Source: an uncultured Bacteroidaceae bacterium
GTDB taxonomy: Bacteria; Bacteroidota; Bacteroidia; Bacteroidales; Bacteroidaceae
Direction: 5' to 3'
NCBI GenBank assembly: GCA_934426255.1
Contig: CAKRYD010000004.1
Coordinates: 28,320 to 92,319 of the forward strand
DNA: 64,000 nucleotides
Made by a program: the position numbers and the translations under genes. The notes below the pieces were generated by a model. That model saw nothing but the letters and a program-made list of their open reading frames with translations. It did not search any database and was not told where the DNA came from. Positions 34,483 through 43,572 of the stretch are shown one piece after another (the first letter of the stretch is position 1; every line of letters starts with the position of its first letter).

Positions 34483-34604
34483 CAACCTCTTATATTGTAT
34501 CTGAGAGGCTCGCGAATACAATCTTGCACTTTCTGTGTTTGGCTTAGGGGGCTTCGAAGTCAAACATCAGGGTTTCAAACTAAGGTGTGGGGTGGGGCGC
34601 CTGC

Positions 34605-34973
34605 TTAGGCTTGCGGGTTGTTTTGCCGCTCCCATTCTTCAAGGGCCTGATGCCAGTCGGTGGTGTCGGCGTTGGCCGCTGCTTCGGCCTGCCGGAGTGC
34701 TTCATCGTTTTGACGGTCGCGCTGGCGTTTGGCTTTCATGTCGGCTATCGTGGCATCGTCGAGAACGAAGATGGCATGGCGGCGGATGGCTTCGTGGAGG
34801 TCACGGGAACCGAAAGCTTGTCCGGGCTGGTTGAAGTCGGCAATGTTGAATTCGTATTTCACACGCAATGTGTGGCGTATTTGTTTTTGCCTTAACCGGT
34901 TGGCGGTGTTTTTCAAATCGAGCAGACGGGCTATTTCCTTGATTTCGTTTTCCGAGAATTTGTTTCTTCCCAT
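34605..34973 (-). CDS. hypothetical 122-aa protein (orf122) translationally coupled to cdaA
   Basis: The ATG at 34973 is 1 nt after the cdaA stop (34975-34977). GC content matches the core genome. Charged helical sequence with the acidic, Trp-rich tail DTTDWHQALEEWERQ. Confidence 0.55.
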   Translation of the reverse strand: MGRNKFSENEIKEIARLLDLKNTANRLRQKQIRHTLRVKYEFNIADFNQPGQAFGSRDLHEAIRRHAIFVLDDATIADMKAKRQRDRQNDEALRQAEAAANADTTDWHQALEEWERQNNPQA

Positions 34974-34974
34974 G

Positions 34975-35745
34975 TCAGTTGGCTATTGAATCGGGATTGG
35001 AGAGGATGTTTTCCAATTCGTCGGCCGACAGGGCCAGATGGAAACGTCCGTTGAAGGCTACCGAGATGCCTCCCGTTTCTTCTGAAACGACAACAGCGAG
35101 TGCGTCGGTTTTTTGTGAAATACCCAGTGCCGCTCTATGGCGCAGACCGAGCGATTTGGGAATGTCGTTGCTGTGTGAAACGGGCAGGATGCATCCTGCG
35201 GCGGCTATGCGCTGTCCGCGTATAATCATGGCTCCGTCGTGAAGGGGGCTGTTTTTGAAAAAGATGTTTTCAATGAGCCGCTGCGTGATGTTGGCGTTGA
35301 TCTGGTCACCCGAGTTGATGTATTCGCTCAGTCCCACGTTGCGTTCGATGATGATGAGCGCGCCCACTTTACCTTTGCTCATGTTCATGCAGGCTAATAC
35401 GATGGGCAGGATGTCTTCGTGCCGGCTGTCGGCTTGCTTGTTTCGGAAGAAACGCAGTATGAACGAACCGTTGTGGTGCATGCCGATGGTGGAGAAAAAC
35501 CGCCGTATTTCTTCCTGAAACAATATGACCAAGGCCAAGGCACCCATGCTGACCATTTTGTCGAGTATGGTGCCAAGCAGGCGCATGTGGAAGAATTGCG
35601 TGACGATGATCCACACGATGATGAATATGATGATGCCGGAAAAGATGTTGGCCGCACTCGATCGTTTCATGAGGCGGTAGATGTAGTAGAGTAGCAGGGC
35701 TACCAGAATGATGTCGATGGCATCTATGAATCCGAACTTGATCAC
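34975..35745 (-). CDS. cdaA: diadenylate cyclase CdaA (DAC domain, three N-terminal TM helices)
   Basis: IDAIDIILVALLLYYIYRL is followed by further TM helices. DAC motifs are HDGAMII and GLRHRAALGIS. GTG start. Confidence 0.9.
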   Translation of the reverse strand: MIKFGFIDAIDIILVALLLYYIYRLMKRSSAANIFSGIIIFIIVWIIVTQFFHMRLLGTILDKMVSMGALALVILFQEEIRRFFSTIGMHHNGSFILRFFRNKQADSRHEDILPIVLACMNMSKGKVGALIIIERNVGLSEYINSGDQINANITQRLIENIFFKNSPLHDGAMIIRGQRIAAAGCILPVSHSNDIPKSLGLRHRAALGISQKTDALAVVVSEETGGISVAFNGRFHLALSADELENILSNPDSIAN

Positions 35746-35758
35746 GAGGGCATGAGTT

Positions 35759-36601
35759 TTAGACGTTGTTGTTCATAGCGTTGTATATGGCCACGGCTTC
35801 TGTGCAGGCACGCACGTCGTGTACGCGCAGAATATTGGCACCTTTGACGAGTGCCAAGGTGTTGATGACGGTTGTTCCGTTGAGAGCTTCGTCGGCCGTT
35901 GTTCCAAGAAGCTTGTAAATCATGGATTTCCGCGAAATGCCTACGAGCAACGGTAATCCGAAACAGCTGAATTCCTGAAGGTTGGCCAATAGTTGGTAGT
36001 TGTGTTCAAGGGTTTTGGCGAATCCGAATCCGGGGTCTAATATGATGTCGCACACACCGAGGTCGTGCAGCCGTTTGACGCGTTCGGAAAAATAGTAGAA
36101 CATTTCACCTATCAGGTCGTCGTAGACGGGTGCCTGCTGCATGGTCTGCGGTGTGCCTTTCATGTGCATCAGGATGTAGGGAACATGCTGAGAGGCAACT
36201 GTCTTGAACATTTCCGGGTCGAGCTGTCCGCCTGAAATATCGTTGATGATGTCTACACCGTATTCTTCGACACACATGCGCGCCACATCGGCTCTGAAGG
36301 TGTCAACCGAGACGGTTGCATGGGGTGCGCAACTGTTGATAATGGCCAGGCCATGGCGCAGGCGTTGCATTTCTTCGGCAGTCGTTACATTGTCTGCTCC
36401 GGGACGCGACGAATAGGCACCTACATCAATCATCGTTGCCCCCTCGTCCAATATCTCGCCGATGCGTCGACGCAGGCTTTCTTCGCTTTGCTTGCGGCTG
36501 GGTGCATAGAAAGAATCGGGCGTGAGGTTGACAATGCCCATCACTTGCGGCTTGGCAAGCGACAGGAGCTGTCCTTTGATGTTGATTGTGAGGTGAGACA
36601 T
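35759..36601 (-). CDS. folP: dihydropteroate synthase
   Basis: VMGIVNLTPDSFY, IDVGAYSSRPG and DIINDISGG are pterin-binding domain motifs. Confidence 0.9.
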   Translation of the reverse strand: MSHLTINIKGQLLSLAKPQVMGIVNLTPDSFYAPSRKQSEESLRRRIGEILDEGATMIDVGAYSSRPGADNVTTAEEMQRLRHGLAIINSCAPHATVSVDTFRADVARMCVEEYGVDIINDISGGQLDPEMFKTVASQHVPYILMHMKGTPQTMQQAPVYDDLIGEMFYYFSERVKRLHDLGVCDIILDPGFGFAKTLEHNYQLLANLQEFSCFGLPLLVGISRKSMIYKLLGTTADEALNGTTVINTLALVKGANILRVHDVRACTEAVAIYNAMNNNV

Positions 36602-36611
36602 GGCGGCTACG

Positions 36612-37280
36612 TTAGTTCCACGAGGGCACTTTGGAGCCGTTGCGATAGAACGCCACCAATTCCACGTCGAATATCAGGGTGGAGTAGGCCGGTATGCTTT
36701 CGCTGTCGCTTGAATCTTTGTAGCCAAGGGGATAGGGGATGTATATCCTCCATCGGTCACCTACGTGCATCCGCATGAGTGCCGTTGCGAGTCCGCGCAC
36801 GTACGATGTGGCCTTGCGCGTGCTCGGTGTGGCTATCGTAGGATCGAAGATGTCTTCATAGATGGACGACTGCCCGCTGTAGGCAAACACATATCCCGTG
36901 GTGTGAGCCGCTGTCGGGATGAGCCTGCCCTGGTAGAAGATGCGGCAGGAATCGCTGCCCATCGGGCTTTCCTGACCGTTTCCACGTTTCAGGATTCTTA
37001 CGTAGATGGAGTCGGTCGAAGCATTCTCAATGGTCTCGTCCAACGAATAGCACAGATAGGTGCGCCAGAGGCAATTGGCTTCCCACTCGCTGCCATAGGT
37101 GGCACGCGCCCTGTTGATGGTGTCGAGGGCGCAGGCACGGATGTTGGCGAAGTAAGCGTCGTTGCGGTTTTTCCAGTCTGAAAATTCGGATTCGTCGTCC
37201 TTGTCGTCGCTGCAGGCTGTGACTGAAATCAGCACGACCGGCAGCAAGAACAATAAGTACAGTAGCTTGTTGATGCGCAT
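36612..37280 (-). CDS. FKBP-type peptidyl-prolyl cis-trans isomerase lipoprotein
   Basis: The lipoprotein signal is LISVTACSD. The C-terminal GDRWRIYIPYPLGY...IPAYSTLIFDVELVAF is the FKBP fold signature. Confidence 0.75.
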   Translation of the reverse strand: MRINKLLYLLFLLPVVLISVTACSDDKDDESEFSDWKNRNDAYFANIRACALDTINRARATYGSEWEANCLWRTYLCYSLDETIENASTDSIYVRILKRGNGQESPMGSDSCRIFYQGRLIPTAAHTTGYVFAYSGQSSIYEDIFDPTIATPSTRKATSYVRGLATALMRMHVGDRWRIYIPYPLGYKDSSDSESIPAYSTLIFDVELVAFYRNGSKVPSWN

Positions 37281-37288
37281 GTCGAATG

Positions 37289-38830
37289 TTAAACTAACTT
37301 TTTGAGCAAAGAGGTGATGCTTACATTATCTTCGATGATGCCGCACAGCTCACTGATTTTTACGCGCTTCTGTTCCATCGTGTCACGATAGCGCAGGGTG
37401 ACGGTGTCGTCCTTCAAGGTGTCATAATCCACAGTGACGCAATAGGGCGTTCCGATGGCATCCTGACGACGATAACGCTTGCCGATGGAATCTTTTTCGT
37501 CGTAATGGGTATTGAAATGAAAGCGCAGGTCATTGACTATTTCGCGCGCTTTTTCGGGCAGTCCCTCTTTGCGCACCAGAGGCATGACGGCGAGTTTTAC
37601 CGGTGCCAGCTGCGGAGGGAATTTCAGTACTACGCGGCTTTCACCGTTGGGCAGCTGCTCTTCGTGATAGGAATGGCAAAGCACACTGAGCGTCATGCGG
37701 TCAACACCGATACTCGTTTCAATATCATAGGGAGTGTAGCTTTCGTTGGTTTCGGGATCGAAATATTTGATTTGGCGACCCGAGAATTTTTCATGCTGGC
37801 TCAAGTCAAAGTCGGTGCGGCTGTGAATGCCTTCCACTTCCTTGAATCCGAATGGCATCTTAAACTCGATGTCTGTGGCAGCATTGGCATAGTGGGCCAG
37901 CTTTTCGTGGTCGTGGAAGCGGTAGTTCTCGGCACCGAATCCCAGTGCCTGGTGCCAGGCCATGCGCAGCTCTTTCCATTTGCGGAACCATTCCATTTCG
38001 GTGCCTGGCTTTACAAAGAACTGCATCTCCATCTGTTCGAATTCACGCATGCGGAAGATGAACTGACGGGCTACGATTTCATTGCGGAATGCCTTGCCTA
38101 TCTGGGCAATGCCGAAGGGCAGCTTCATGCGTCCCGTTTTCTGAACGTTCAGATAGTTCACAAAAATGCCTTGAGCCGTTTCGGGGCGCAGATATATCTT
38201 GTCAGTGCCGTCGCCCGTGTTGTTCAACTGTGTACTGAACATCAAGTTGAACTGGCGCACGTCTGTCCAGTTTTTTGTGCCGCTGATAGGGTCTATAATG
38301 CCTTCGTCAAGGATAATCTGTTTCAGCTCTTCCAGGTCGGGTCCCTGCATAGCGCGTGTGTAGCGTTCGTGCAAGGCGTTGCGCTTTTCCAGGTGTTCAA
38401 TCACACGCGGATTGGTTTCGCGAAACTTGGCTTCGTCAAAGGCTTCGCCGAAACGCTTGCGCGCTTTTGCCACCTCTTTTTCTATCTTTTCGTCATACTT
38501 GGCTATTTGATCTTCAATGAGGTTGTCGGCACGATAGCGTTTTTTAGAGTCGCGATTGTCTATCAGGGGATCGTTGAAAGCGTCGACATGACCGCTGGCT
38601 TTCCATATGGTGGGGTGCATAAAGATGCAGCTGTCTATGCCCACAATGTTTTCGTGGAGCAACACCATGCTTTTCCACCAATATTCCTTTATATTGTTTT
38701 TCAGCTCTACGCCGTTTTGTCCATAATCGTAAACGGCAGCCAAACCACCGTAGATATCACTTGAAGGAAACACGAACCCATATTCTTTGCAATGGGATAC
38801 GATTTTTTTGAATACGTCTTCTTGAGCCAT
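37289..38830 (-). CDS. glyQS: glycine--tRNA ligase (homodimeric type)
   Basis: 513 aa. FRNEI..R.FIFRMREFEQMEMQFF is class II motif 2, and the overall sequence is GlyRS-like. Confidence 0.95.
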   Translation of the reverse strand: MAQEDVFKKIVSHCKEYGFVFPSSDIYGGLAAVYDYGQNGVELKNNIKEYWWKSMVLLHENIVGIDSCIFMHPTIWKASGHVDAFNDPLIDNRDSKKRYRADNLIEDQIAKYDEKIEKEVAKARKRFGEAFDEAKFRETNPRVIEHLEKRNALHERYTRAMQGPDLEELKQIILDEGIIDPISGTKNWTDVRQFNLMFSTQLNNTGDGTDKIYLRPETAQGIFVNYLNVQKTGRMKLPFGIAQIGKAFRNEIVARQFIFRMREFEQMEMQFFVKPGTEMEWFRKWKELRMAWHQALGFGAENYRFHDHEKLAHYANAATDIEFKMPFGFKEVEGIHSRTDFDLSQHEKFSGRQIKYFDPETNESYTPYDIETSIGVDRMTLSVLCHSYHEEQLPNGESRVVLKFPPQLAPVKLAVMPLVRKEGLPEKAREIVNDLRFHFNTHYDEKDSIGKRYRRQDAIGTPYCVTVDYDTLKDDTVTLRYRDTMEQKRVKISELCGIIEDNVSITSLLKKLV

Positions 38831-38858
38831 TTTCTTTTTCTGTTTTGTTCTGAATATG

Positions 38859-38866
38859 CAAAGTTA
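38859..38866 (-). promoter_or_regulatory. -7 box (TAACTTTG on minus strand) upstream of glyQS
   Basis: Plus strand reads caaagtta, 29 nt upstream of the ATG at 38830. Confidence 0.5.
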
Positions 38867-38935
38867 GTGTATTTTCGGCAGATGCACCGGTGAAACGCCT
38901 AAAACTTTCTCCCGTCCAAATGTCAGAGAGCCTGT

Positions 38936-40099
38936 TTATTTGAAGTCTTCTGAGGTATATTCACCCGGCAGCTGCCGGCAATTGTATTGCGAAGCCATGA
39001 CAAATCCGTAGGCTCCGGCCGAAAGTAGTGCCAGCAGGTCACCGCGGCTTACTGCGTCCAATTGTATGTCTGTATCGAACACATCGCTGCTTTCACAAAT
39101 GGGCCCCACCACGTCGTAGGTCTCTTTGGGTGCACGGCTGCTCAGGTTCACGATTTGGTGGTGAGCCTGATAGAGGGCGGGGCGTATCAGGTCGGTAAAG
39201 CCGGCGTCTACGATGGCAAACTGCTTCGTTTTGGTCTTTTTCACCAGTATGGTGCGCGTAATGAGTGAGCCGCATTGTGCACACAGCGCTCTGCCCAGCT
39301 CGAAGTGGAGCGATTGGCCGGGGCGCAGCTTGAGATGCTGGGCAAAAGTTGCGAAATATCTTTGAAAGTCGGGCACAGGGTGCTTTTCGGGCTGTGCATA
39401 GTCTACGCCGAGACCGCCTCCCACATTGATGCTTGGCAGTGTGGGGTAGCCTTTGCTCTCGAGCAGGTCCTGCAGCTCGTTTATCTTTTTGCTGAGGGCC
39501 TCGAAGCAGTCAAATTCCAATATCTGCGAACCAATATGGAAATGCAGTCCGAAAAGTTCAAGATTCGCGGCTTTCATAACTGTCTGCACGGCCTTTTCCA
39601 TGTCGTCGAGCGAAATACCGAATTTATTCTCTTCCAAGCCCGTTGTGATGTTCTTATGGGTGTGGGCATCGATGTTCGGGTTGATTCGCAGTGCTATGCG
39701 CGCTGTTTTCTGCTGCTCGGCAGCCAATTGGTCGATGATTTCTATTTCGGGCAAACTTTCCACGTTGAAACAGAGTATGCCCCTTTCGATGCCCAGACGT
39801 ATTTCCCGGTCGGTTTTGCCCACACCGGCATATACAATCTTGTTGGCCGGTATTCCCACTTCGAGACAGCGTTCAATTTCGCCGCCGCTCACGCAGTCGG
39901 CACCAAAGCCGGCATCGCGCACATGGCGCAGTATTACGGGATTGGCATTGGCCTTGACGGCAAAGTGTATCTCGGCCGCGGGAATGAGTGCGGCATAGCG
40001 CTTGGCCTCATCGAGCGTGCGGTCCAAAAGGTCGGTATCATAATAGTAGAACGGCGTTTCAAGTTGTTCAAACCGCTCTTTCAGTGCATAGATTTCCAT
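38936..40099 (-). CDS. lysA: diaminopimelate decarboxylase
   Basis: TPFYYYD...IHFAVKANANP carries the PLP-Lys. GGGLGVDY and the C-terminal CESSD are present. Confidence 0.9.
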   Translation of the reverse strand: MEIYALKERFEQLETPFYYYDTDLLDRTLDEAKRYAALIPAAEIHFAVKANANPVILRHVRDAGFGADCVSGGEIERCLEVGIPANKIVYAGVGKTDREIRLGIERGILCFNVESLPEIEIIDQLAAEQQKTARIALRINPNIDAHTHKNITTGLEENKFGISLDDMEKAVQTVMKAANLELFGLHFHIGSQILEFDCFEALSKKINELQDLLESKGYPTLPSINVGGGLGVDYAQPEKHPVPDFQRYFATFAQHLKLRPGQSLHFELGRALCAQCGSLITRTILVKKTKTKQFAIVDAGFTDLIRPALYQAHHQIVNLSSRAPKETYDVVGPICESSDVFDTDIQLDAVSRGDLLALLSAGAYGFVMASQYNCRQLPGEYTSEDFK

Positions 40100-40105
40100 C
40101 GTTGT

Positions 40106-41437
40106 TCAGGCTTGTTTCGGGGCATTGAATATACGGTCGCTCAAGGCCTGCAGAGCCTTTTTCTTGTCGGCTTCATGGATGATGAAGGAGATGTTGTGGT
40201 TGCTTCCGCCATACGAAATCATCCTTACGGGCACGTCTTTCAGGGCTTGCGTGATGGCCGACTCGAATCCTTTGTTGCAGGGGCGCAGGTCGCCCACCAC
40301 ACAGATGATGCACATGTCTTTTTCAACGTCAACCATGCCATATTTTTTCAGTTCGGCAACGATATTGGCCAGATAGGCGTCGTTGTCGATGCTCATCGAC
40401 AGCCCTACTTCTGATGTGGTTACCACGTCGATGCTTGTGTGGAACTGCTCGAATATCTCGAACACCTTGCGCAAAAACCCTGTGGCAAGCAGCATGCGGC
40501 TCGACACGATTTTCACCACCGTGATGTTGTCCTTGGCTGCCACGGCCTTGATTTTCCCCTCTTCCGACTCGTTGTTGATGATGGTTCCTTCGGCTTGGGG
40601 GTCCATGGTGTTGAGCAGTCTGACGGGCACTCCGGCAAATTTGGCCGGCTGCACGCAGGTGGGGTGCAGTATCTTGGCACCGAAGTAAGCCAGTTCTGCG
40701 GCTTCTTCAAAGTGAAGCTGGTGCACGGGCTGCGTGTTTTCCACAATGCGCGGGTCATTGTTGTGCATGCCGTCGATGTCGGTCCATATCTGTATTTCTT
40801 CCGCCTTGATGGCCGCCCCTATGAGCGAAGCCGTATAGTCCGAGCCGCCGCGTTGCAGGTTGTCAATTTTGTTGTCGGCGTTCAGGCAGATAAATCCCTG
40901 CGTAATGAATATTTCCGTTTCGGGATGCGCGTCGATAATCTTCGTGATGTGCTCGCTCAGGTAGCCCATGTCGGGTTCGCGGTTGGCATCGATGCGCATA
41001 TAGTCGAATGCCGAAACCAGAGTCACCTTGATGCCTTTTTCTTTCAGGTAGTTGGTCATCATGTTGGTGCTCATCATTTCGCCTTTCGAGAGTATTTCCT
41101 TTTCGTCGTCGGCAGTCAGCTGTTTGCTGCTGCCTATCACGAGCAGTCTTGTAAAGATTTCCTCCAGAATGGCGAGTGTTTCCTTTTTGGTTTCTTCTTT
41201 GTCGTAGAGCTCGTCTACGTGTTTCTTGTATTTTGTGCGCAGGGTGTTGATAAGGGCTTTTGCGCTTTCAAGATTTCCTTTCGAATAATAGTCGGCAATT
41301 TCGACCAGCGAATTGGTTGTGCCCGACATGGCCGACAATACCACCACTTTTCTTTCGCCGTTGCAGATAAGGGCGGCTACTTCTTTCATGCGTTGCGGGG
41401 AACCCACCGAGGTTCCTCCGAATTTCAGTACTTTCAT
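40106..41437 (-). CDS. lysC: aspartate kinase
   Basis: MKVLKFGGTSVGS is the kinase signature, and C-terminal ACT repeats are present. 443 aa. Confidence 0.9.
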   Translation of the reverse strand: MKVLKFGGTSVGSPQRMKEVAALICNGERKVVVLSAMSGTTNSLVEIADYYSKGNLESAKALINTLRTKYKKHVDELYDKEETKKETLAILEEIFTRLLVIGSSKQLTADDEKEILSKGEMMSTNMMTNYLKEKGIKVTLVSAFDYMRIDANREPDMGYLSEHITKIIDAHPETEIFITQGFICLNADNKIDNLQRGGSDYTASLIGAAIKAEEIQIWTDIDGMHNNDPRIVENTQPVHQLHFEEAAELAYFGAKILHPTCVQPAKFAGVPVRLLNTMDPQAEGTIINNESEEGKIKAVAAKDNITVVKIVSSRMLLATGFLRKVFEIFEQFHTSIDVVTTSEVGLSMSIDNDAYLANIVAELKKYGMVDVEKDMCIICVVGDLRPCNKGFESAITQALKDVPVRMISYGGSNHNISFIIHEADKKKALQALSDRIFNAPKQA

Positions 41438-41486
41438 TTCTTGCTTCTGTTCTTGTCTTGGCCGGCGCCCCTTTGCGCCCGCCTGT

Positions 41487-42167
41487 CTATTGTTGATTAT
41501 ATAAAGATGTCGTTTCTTCGATGCTGCCGTCTTCGCAGTTGAACACGCGCGAAGGTATCATTTTGAGCAATTGCAGGTTGTGCGTGCTCATGATGACGGC
41601 CGCACCCTTTTGCGAGATGGCATAGAGTATGTTTACAATGGCTCTGCTGTTTTCGATGTCCAAATTGCCCGTTGGTTCGTCGGCAATGATCAGCGGAGGA
41701 TTGTTGAGCATGGCGCGCGCTATGGCCACCCGCTGCTGTTCGCCGCCCGAAAGTTCGTGCGGGTAGTGGTCGGCCTTGTCGCTCATGTCCACTTGCTGCA
41801 GCACTTCAGCGATGCGCCTTGTGATGTCGGCTTTCTTCTTCCATCCCGTTGCCTTCAGCACAAATTCCAGATTGGCATTGACCGTGCGGTCGGGCAGCAA
41901 CTGGAAATTCTGGAATATGGTGCCCAGCATGCGCCTCAGCTCCTGCAGTTTTTTGCGCTTCAATGTCTGCATGCCGAAACCCAGCACTTCTGTGCGCTCT
42001 CCTTTCACGGGCAAAACGCCATAGAGCGTGCGCAGCAGGGAAGTCTTGCCTGAACCTACTTTGCCTGTCAGAAAAACGAAATCGTTTTCTTTGACTTCCA
42101 GATTGACGTTTTTCAATATCCGGCGGTCGTCAATGCTGATTTCGGCGTTCTTGTAGTCTATGATCAT
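41487..42167 (-). CDS. ftsE: cell division ATP-binding protein FtsE-like ABC ATPase
   Basis: Walker [10 protein letters not shown], signature [14 protein letters not shown] and Walker B LIIADEP. Confidence 0.8.
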   Translation of the reverse strand: MIIDYKNAEISIDDRRILKNVNLEVKENDFVFLTGKVGSGKTSLLRTLYGVLPVKGERTEVLGFGMQTLKRKKLQELRRMLGTIFQNFQLLPDRTVNANLEFVLKATGWKKKADITRRIAEVLQQVDMSDKADHYPHELSGGEQQRVAIARAMLNNPPLIIADEPTGNLDIENSRAIVNILYAISQKGAAVIMSTHNLQLLKMIPSRVFNCEDGSIEETTSLYNQQ

Positions 42168-42180
42168 GGCCGTCAGTGTA

Positions 42181-42795
42181 TCAATGTTTTTTCCATCCCG
42201 GTTTGTGCCGGCTTGCCAGTTCGCTTGCCACGTCCTCGATGCGCAGCCCTTTGGCGGTCAGCAGCACTATCAGGTGGTAGAACATGTCGGAAGCCTCATA
42301 CACCAGGCGCTCGTCGCTGCCATTGACGGCTTCTATGACGGCCTCGAGGGCTTCTTCGCCTACTTTTTGCGCCATGCGGTTCAGGCCGTCCTTGAAAAGC
42401 GATGTGGTATACGATCCTTCGGGCATCTCACGGTGGCGTTTTTCTATGAAGTCCTGCAGCTCCGAGAGAAACTGCAGCGGATTGCTTTCGTTCTTTTCGC
42501 CCCAACAGGTATCGCTGCCCGTGTGGCAGGTAGGGCCTTCGGGGTGAACCTTTACCAACAAGGTGTCATTGTCACAATCGTTCTTGATGTCTACAAGGTG
42601 CAGAAAATGGCCGCTTTCCTCGCCTTTTGTCCAGAGACGTTTACGCGTTCTGCTATAGAAGGTGACTTTTTTTGTTTCCAGCGTTTTCCGATAGGCTTCT
42701 TCGTTCATGAAGCCCAGCATCAGCACGTTTTTCGTGTCGGCGTCCTGTATGATGGCAGGAACGAGCCCGTTCAGTTTATTAAAATCTATGTTCAT
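42181..42795 (-). CDS. hisIE: bifunctional phosphoribosyl-AMP cyclohydrolase / phosphoribosyl-ATP diphosphatase
   Basis: GLVPAIIQD...YSRTRKRLWTKGEESG is HisI-like, and the C-terminal half is HisE-like. Confidence 0.9.
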   Translation of the reverse strand: MNIDFNKLNGLVPAIIQDADTKNVLMLGFMNEEAYRKTLETKKVTFYSRTRKRLWTKGEESGHFLHLVDIKNDCDNDTLLVKVHPEGPTCHTGSDTCWGEKNESNPLQFLSELQDFIEKRHREMPEGSYTTSLFKDGLNRMAQKVGEEALEAVIEAVNGSDERLVYEASDMFYHLIVLLTAKGLRIEDVASELASRHKPGWKKH

Positions 42796-42804
42796 GGTTC
42801 TACC

Positions 42805-43569
42805 TCATTGTAATCTTACCGGTATGCCTTCCTTGGCCAGATATTTTTTCAGGTCGGCAATTTTTATTTCGCCGTAGTGGAATACGCTTGCAGCCAGTGC
42901 CGCATCGCTTTTTCCTTCTACGAATGTGTCGCGAAAGTCTTCCATGCATCCTGCTCCGCCCGATGCAATGACGGGTATGGGCAGGTTGTCGGAGAGCATG
43001 GCCAGCTGCTCATTGGCAAAGCCTTTTTTTACACCGTCGTGGTTCATGCTGGTAAAAAGTATTTCACCGGCTCCTCTCGCGGCCGCTTCGCGCGCCCAGT
43101 CGAGCAGCAGCCGCTCCGTTTGTATGCGTCCGCCGTTCAGGTAGCAGTGCCATTGTCCGTTGGCTTCGAGCTTGGCATCGATGGCCACTACGCAGACTTG
43201 CGAACCGAAGTTGGCCGCAATCTCGTCGATCAGTCCGGGATTTCTCAAAGCGGCCGAGTTGATACTCACCTTGTCGGCTCCGGCGTTCAGCATACGCTCC
43301 ACGTCGGCCAGTTCGTTGATGCCGCCGCCCACGGTGAAGGGTATCGACACTTCGGCCGCCACACGCTGCACCAGTTGCGTGAAGGTCTTCCGGCCTTCGT
43401 GGCTCGCCGTGATGTCAAGATAGACCAGTTCGTCGGCATTTTCGTCACTGTATTTCTTTCCCAGCTCTACGGGGTCGCCCGCCTGCCTCAAGTTGACAAA
43501 ATTGGTGCCTTTCACCGTCTGCCCGTCCTTTACGTCAAGACAGGGAATGATGCGTTTGGCCAGACTCAT
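42805..43569 (-). CDS. hisF: imidazole glycerol phosphate synthase cyclase subunit
   Basis: [12 protein letters not shown]...[15 protein letters not shown] and VASGGAG. Confidence 0.95.
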   Translation of the reverse strand: MSLAKRIIPCLDVKDGQTVKGTNFVNLRQAGDPVELGKKYSDENADELVYLDITASHEGRKTFTQLVQRVAAEVSIPFTVGGGINELADVERMLNAGADKVSINSAALRNPGLIDEIAANFGSQVCVVAIDAKLEANGQWHCYLNGGRIQTERLLLDWAREAAARGAGEILFTSMNHDGVKKGFANEQLAMLSDNLPIPVIASGGAGCMEDFRDTFVEGKSDAALAASVFHYGEIKIADLKKYLAKEGIPVRLQ

Positions 43570-43572
43570 GTG

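Noticed and set aside
34360-34563. 67-aa minus-strand ORF and 85-aa plus-strand ORF (34196..34453) in the islet/core junction
   Set aside because: Neither has a start context, a promoter box or a recognisable sequence. They cross the repeat-bearing non-coding segment and the HTH remnant, so I treat the region as non-coding.
29228-34604. Calling the AT-rich islet a mobile element (ICE, transposon or prophage)
   Set aside because: I could find no integrase, transposase, relaxase, terminal inverted repeats, flanking direct repeats or adjacent tRNA. I report it only as a compositionally distinct accessory islet.
34975-35745. Diadenylate cyclase next to the defence islet, considered as a CBASS-like signalling cyclase
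   Set aside because: The three N-terminal TM helices, the DGA/RHR DAC motifs and the folP-cdaA operon context identify it as the housekeeping CdaA. Its composition matches the core genome.
37505-41542. Three long plus-strand ORFs (37505..38764, 39275..40414, 40439..41542)
   Set aside because: They lie antisense to glyQS, lysA and lysC, all of which have clear family motifs. The antisense translations are repetitive V/G/F/H-rich sequences with no recognisable domains.
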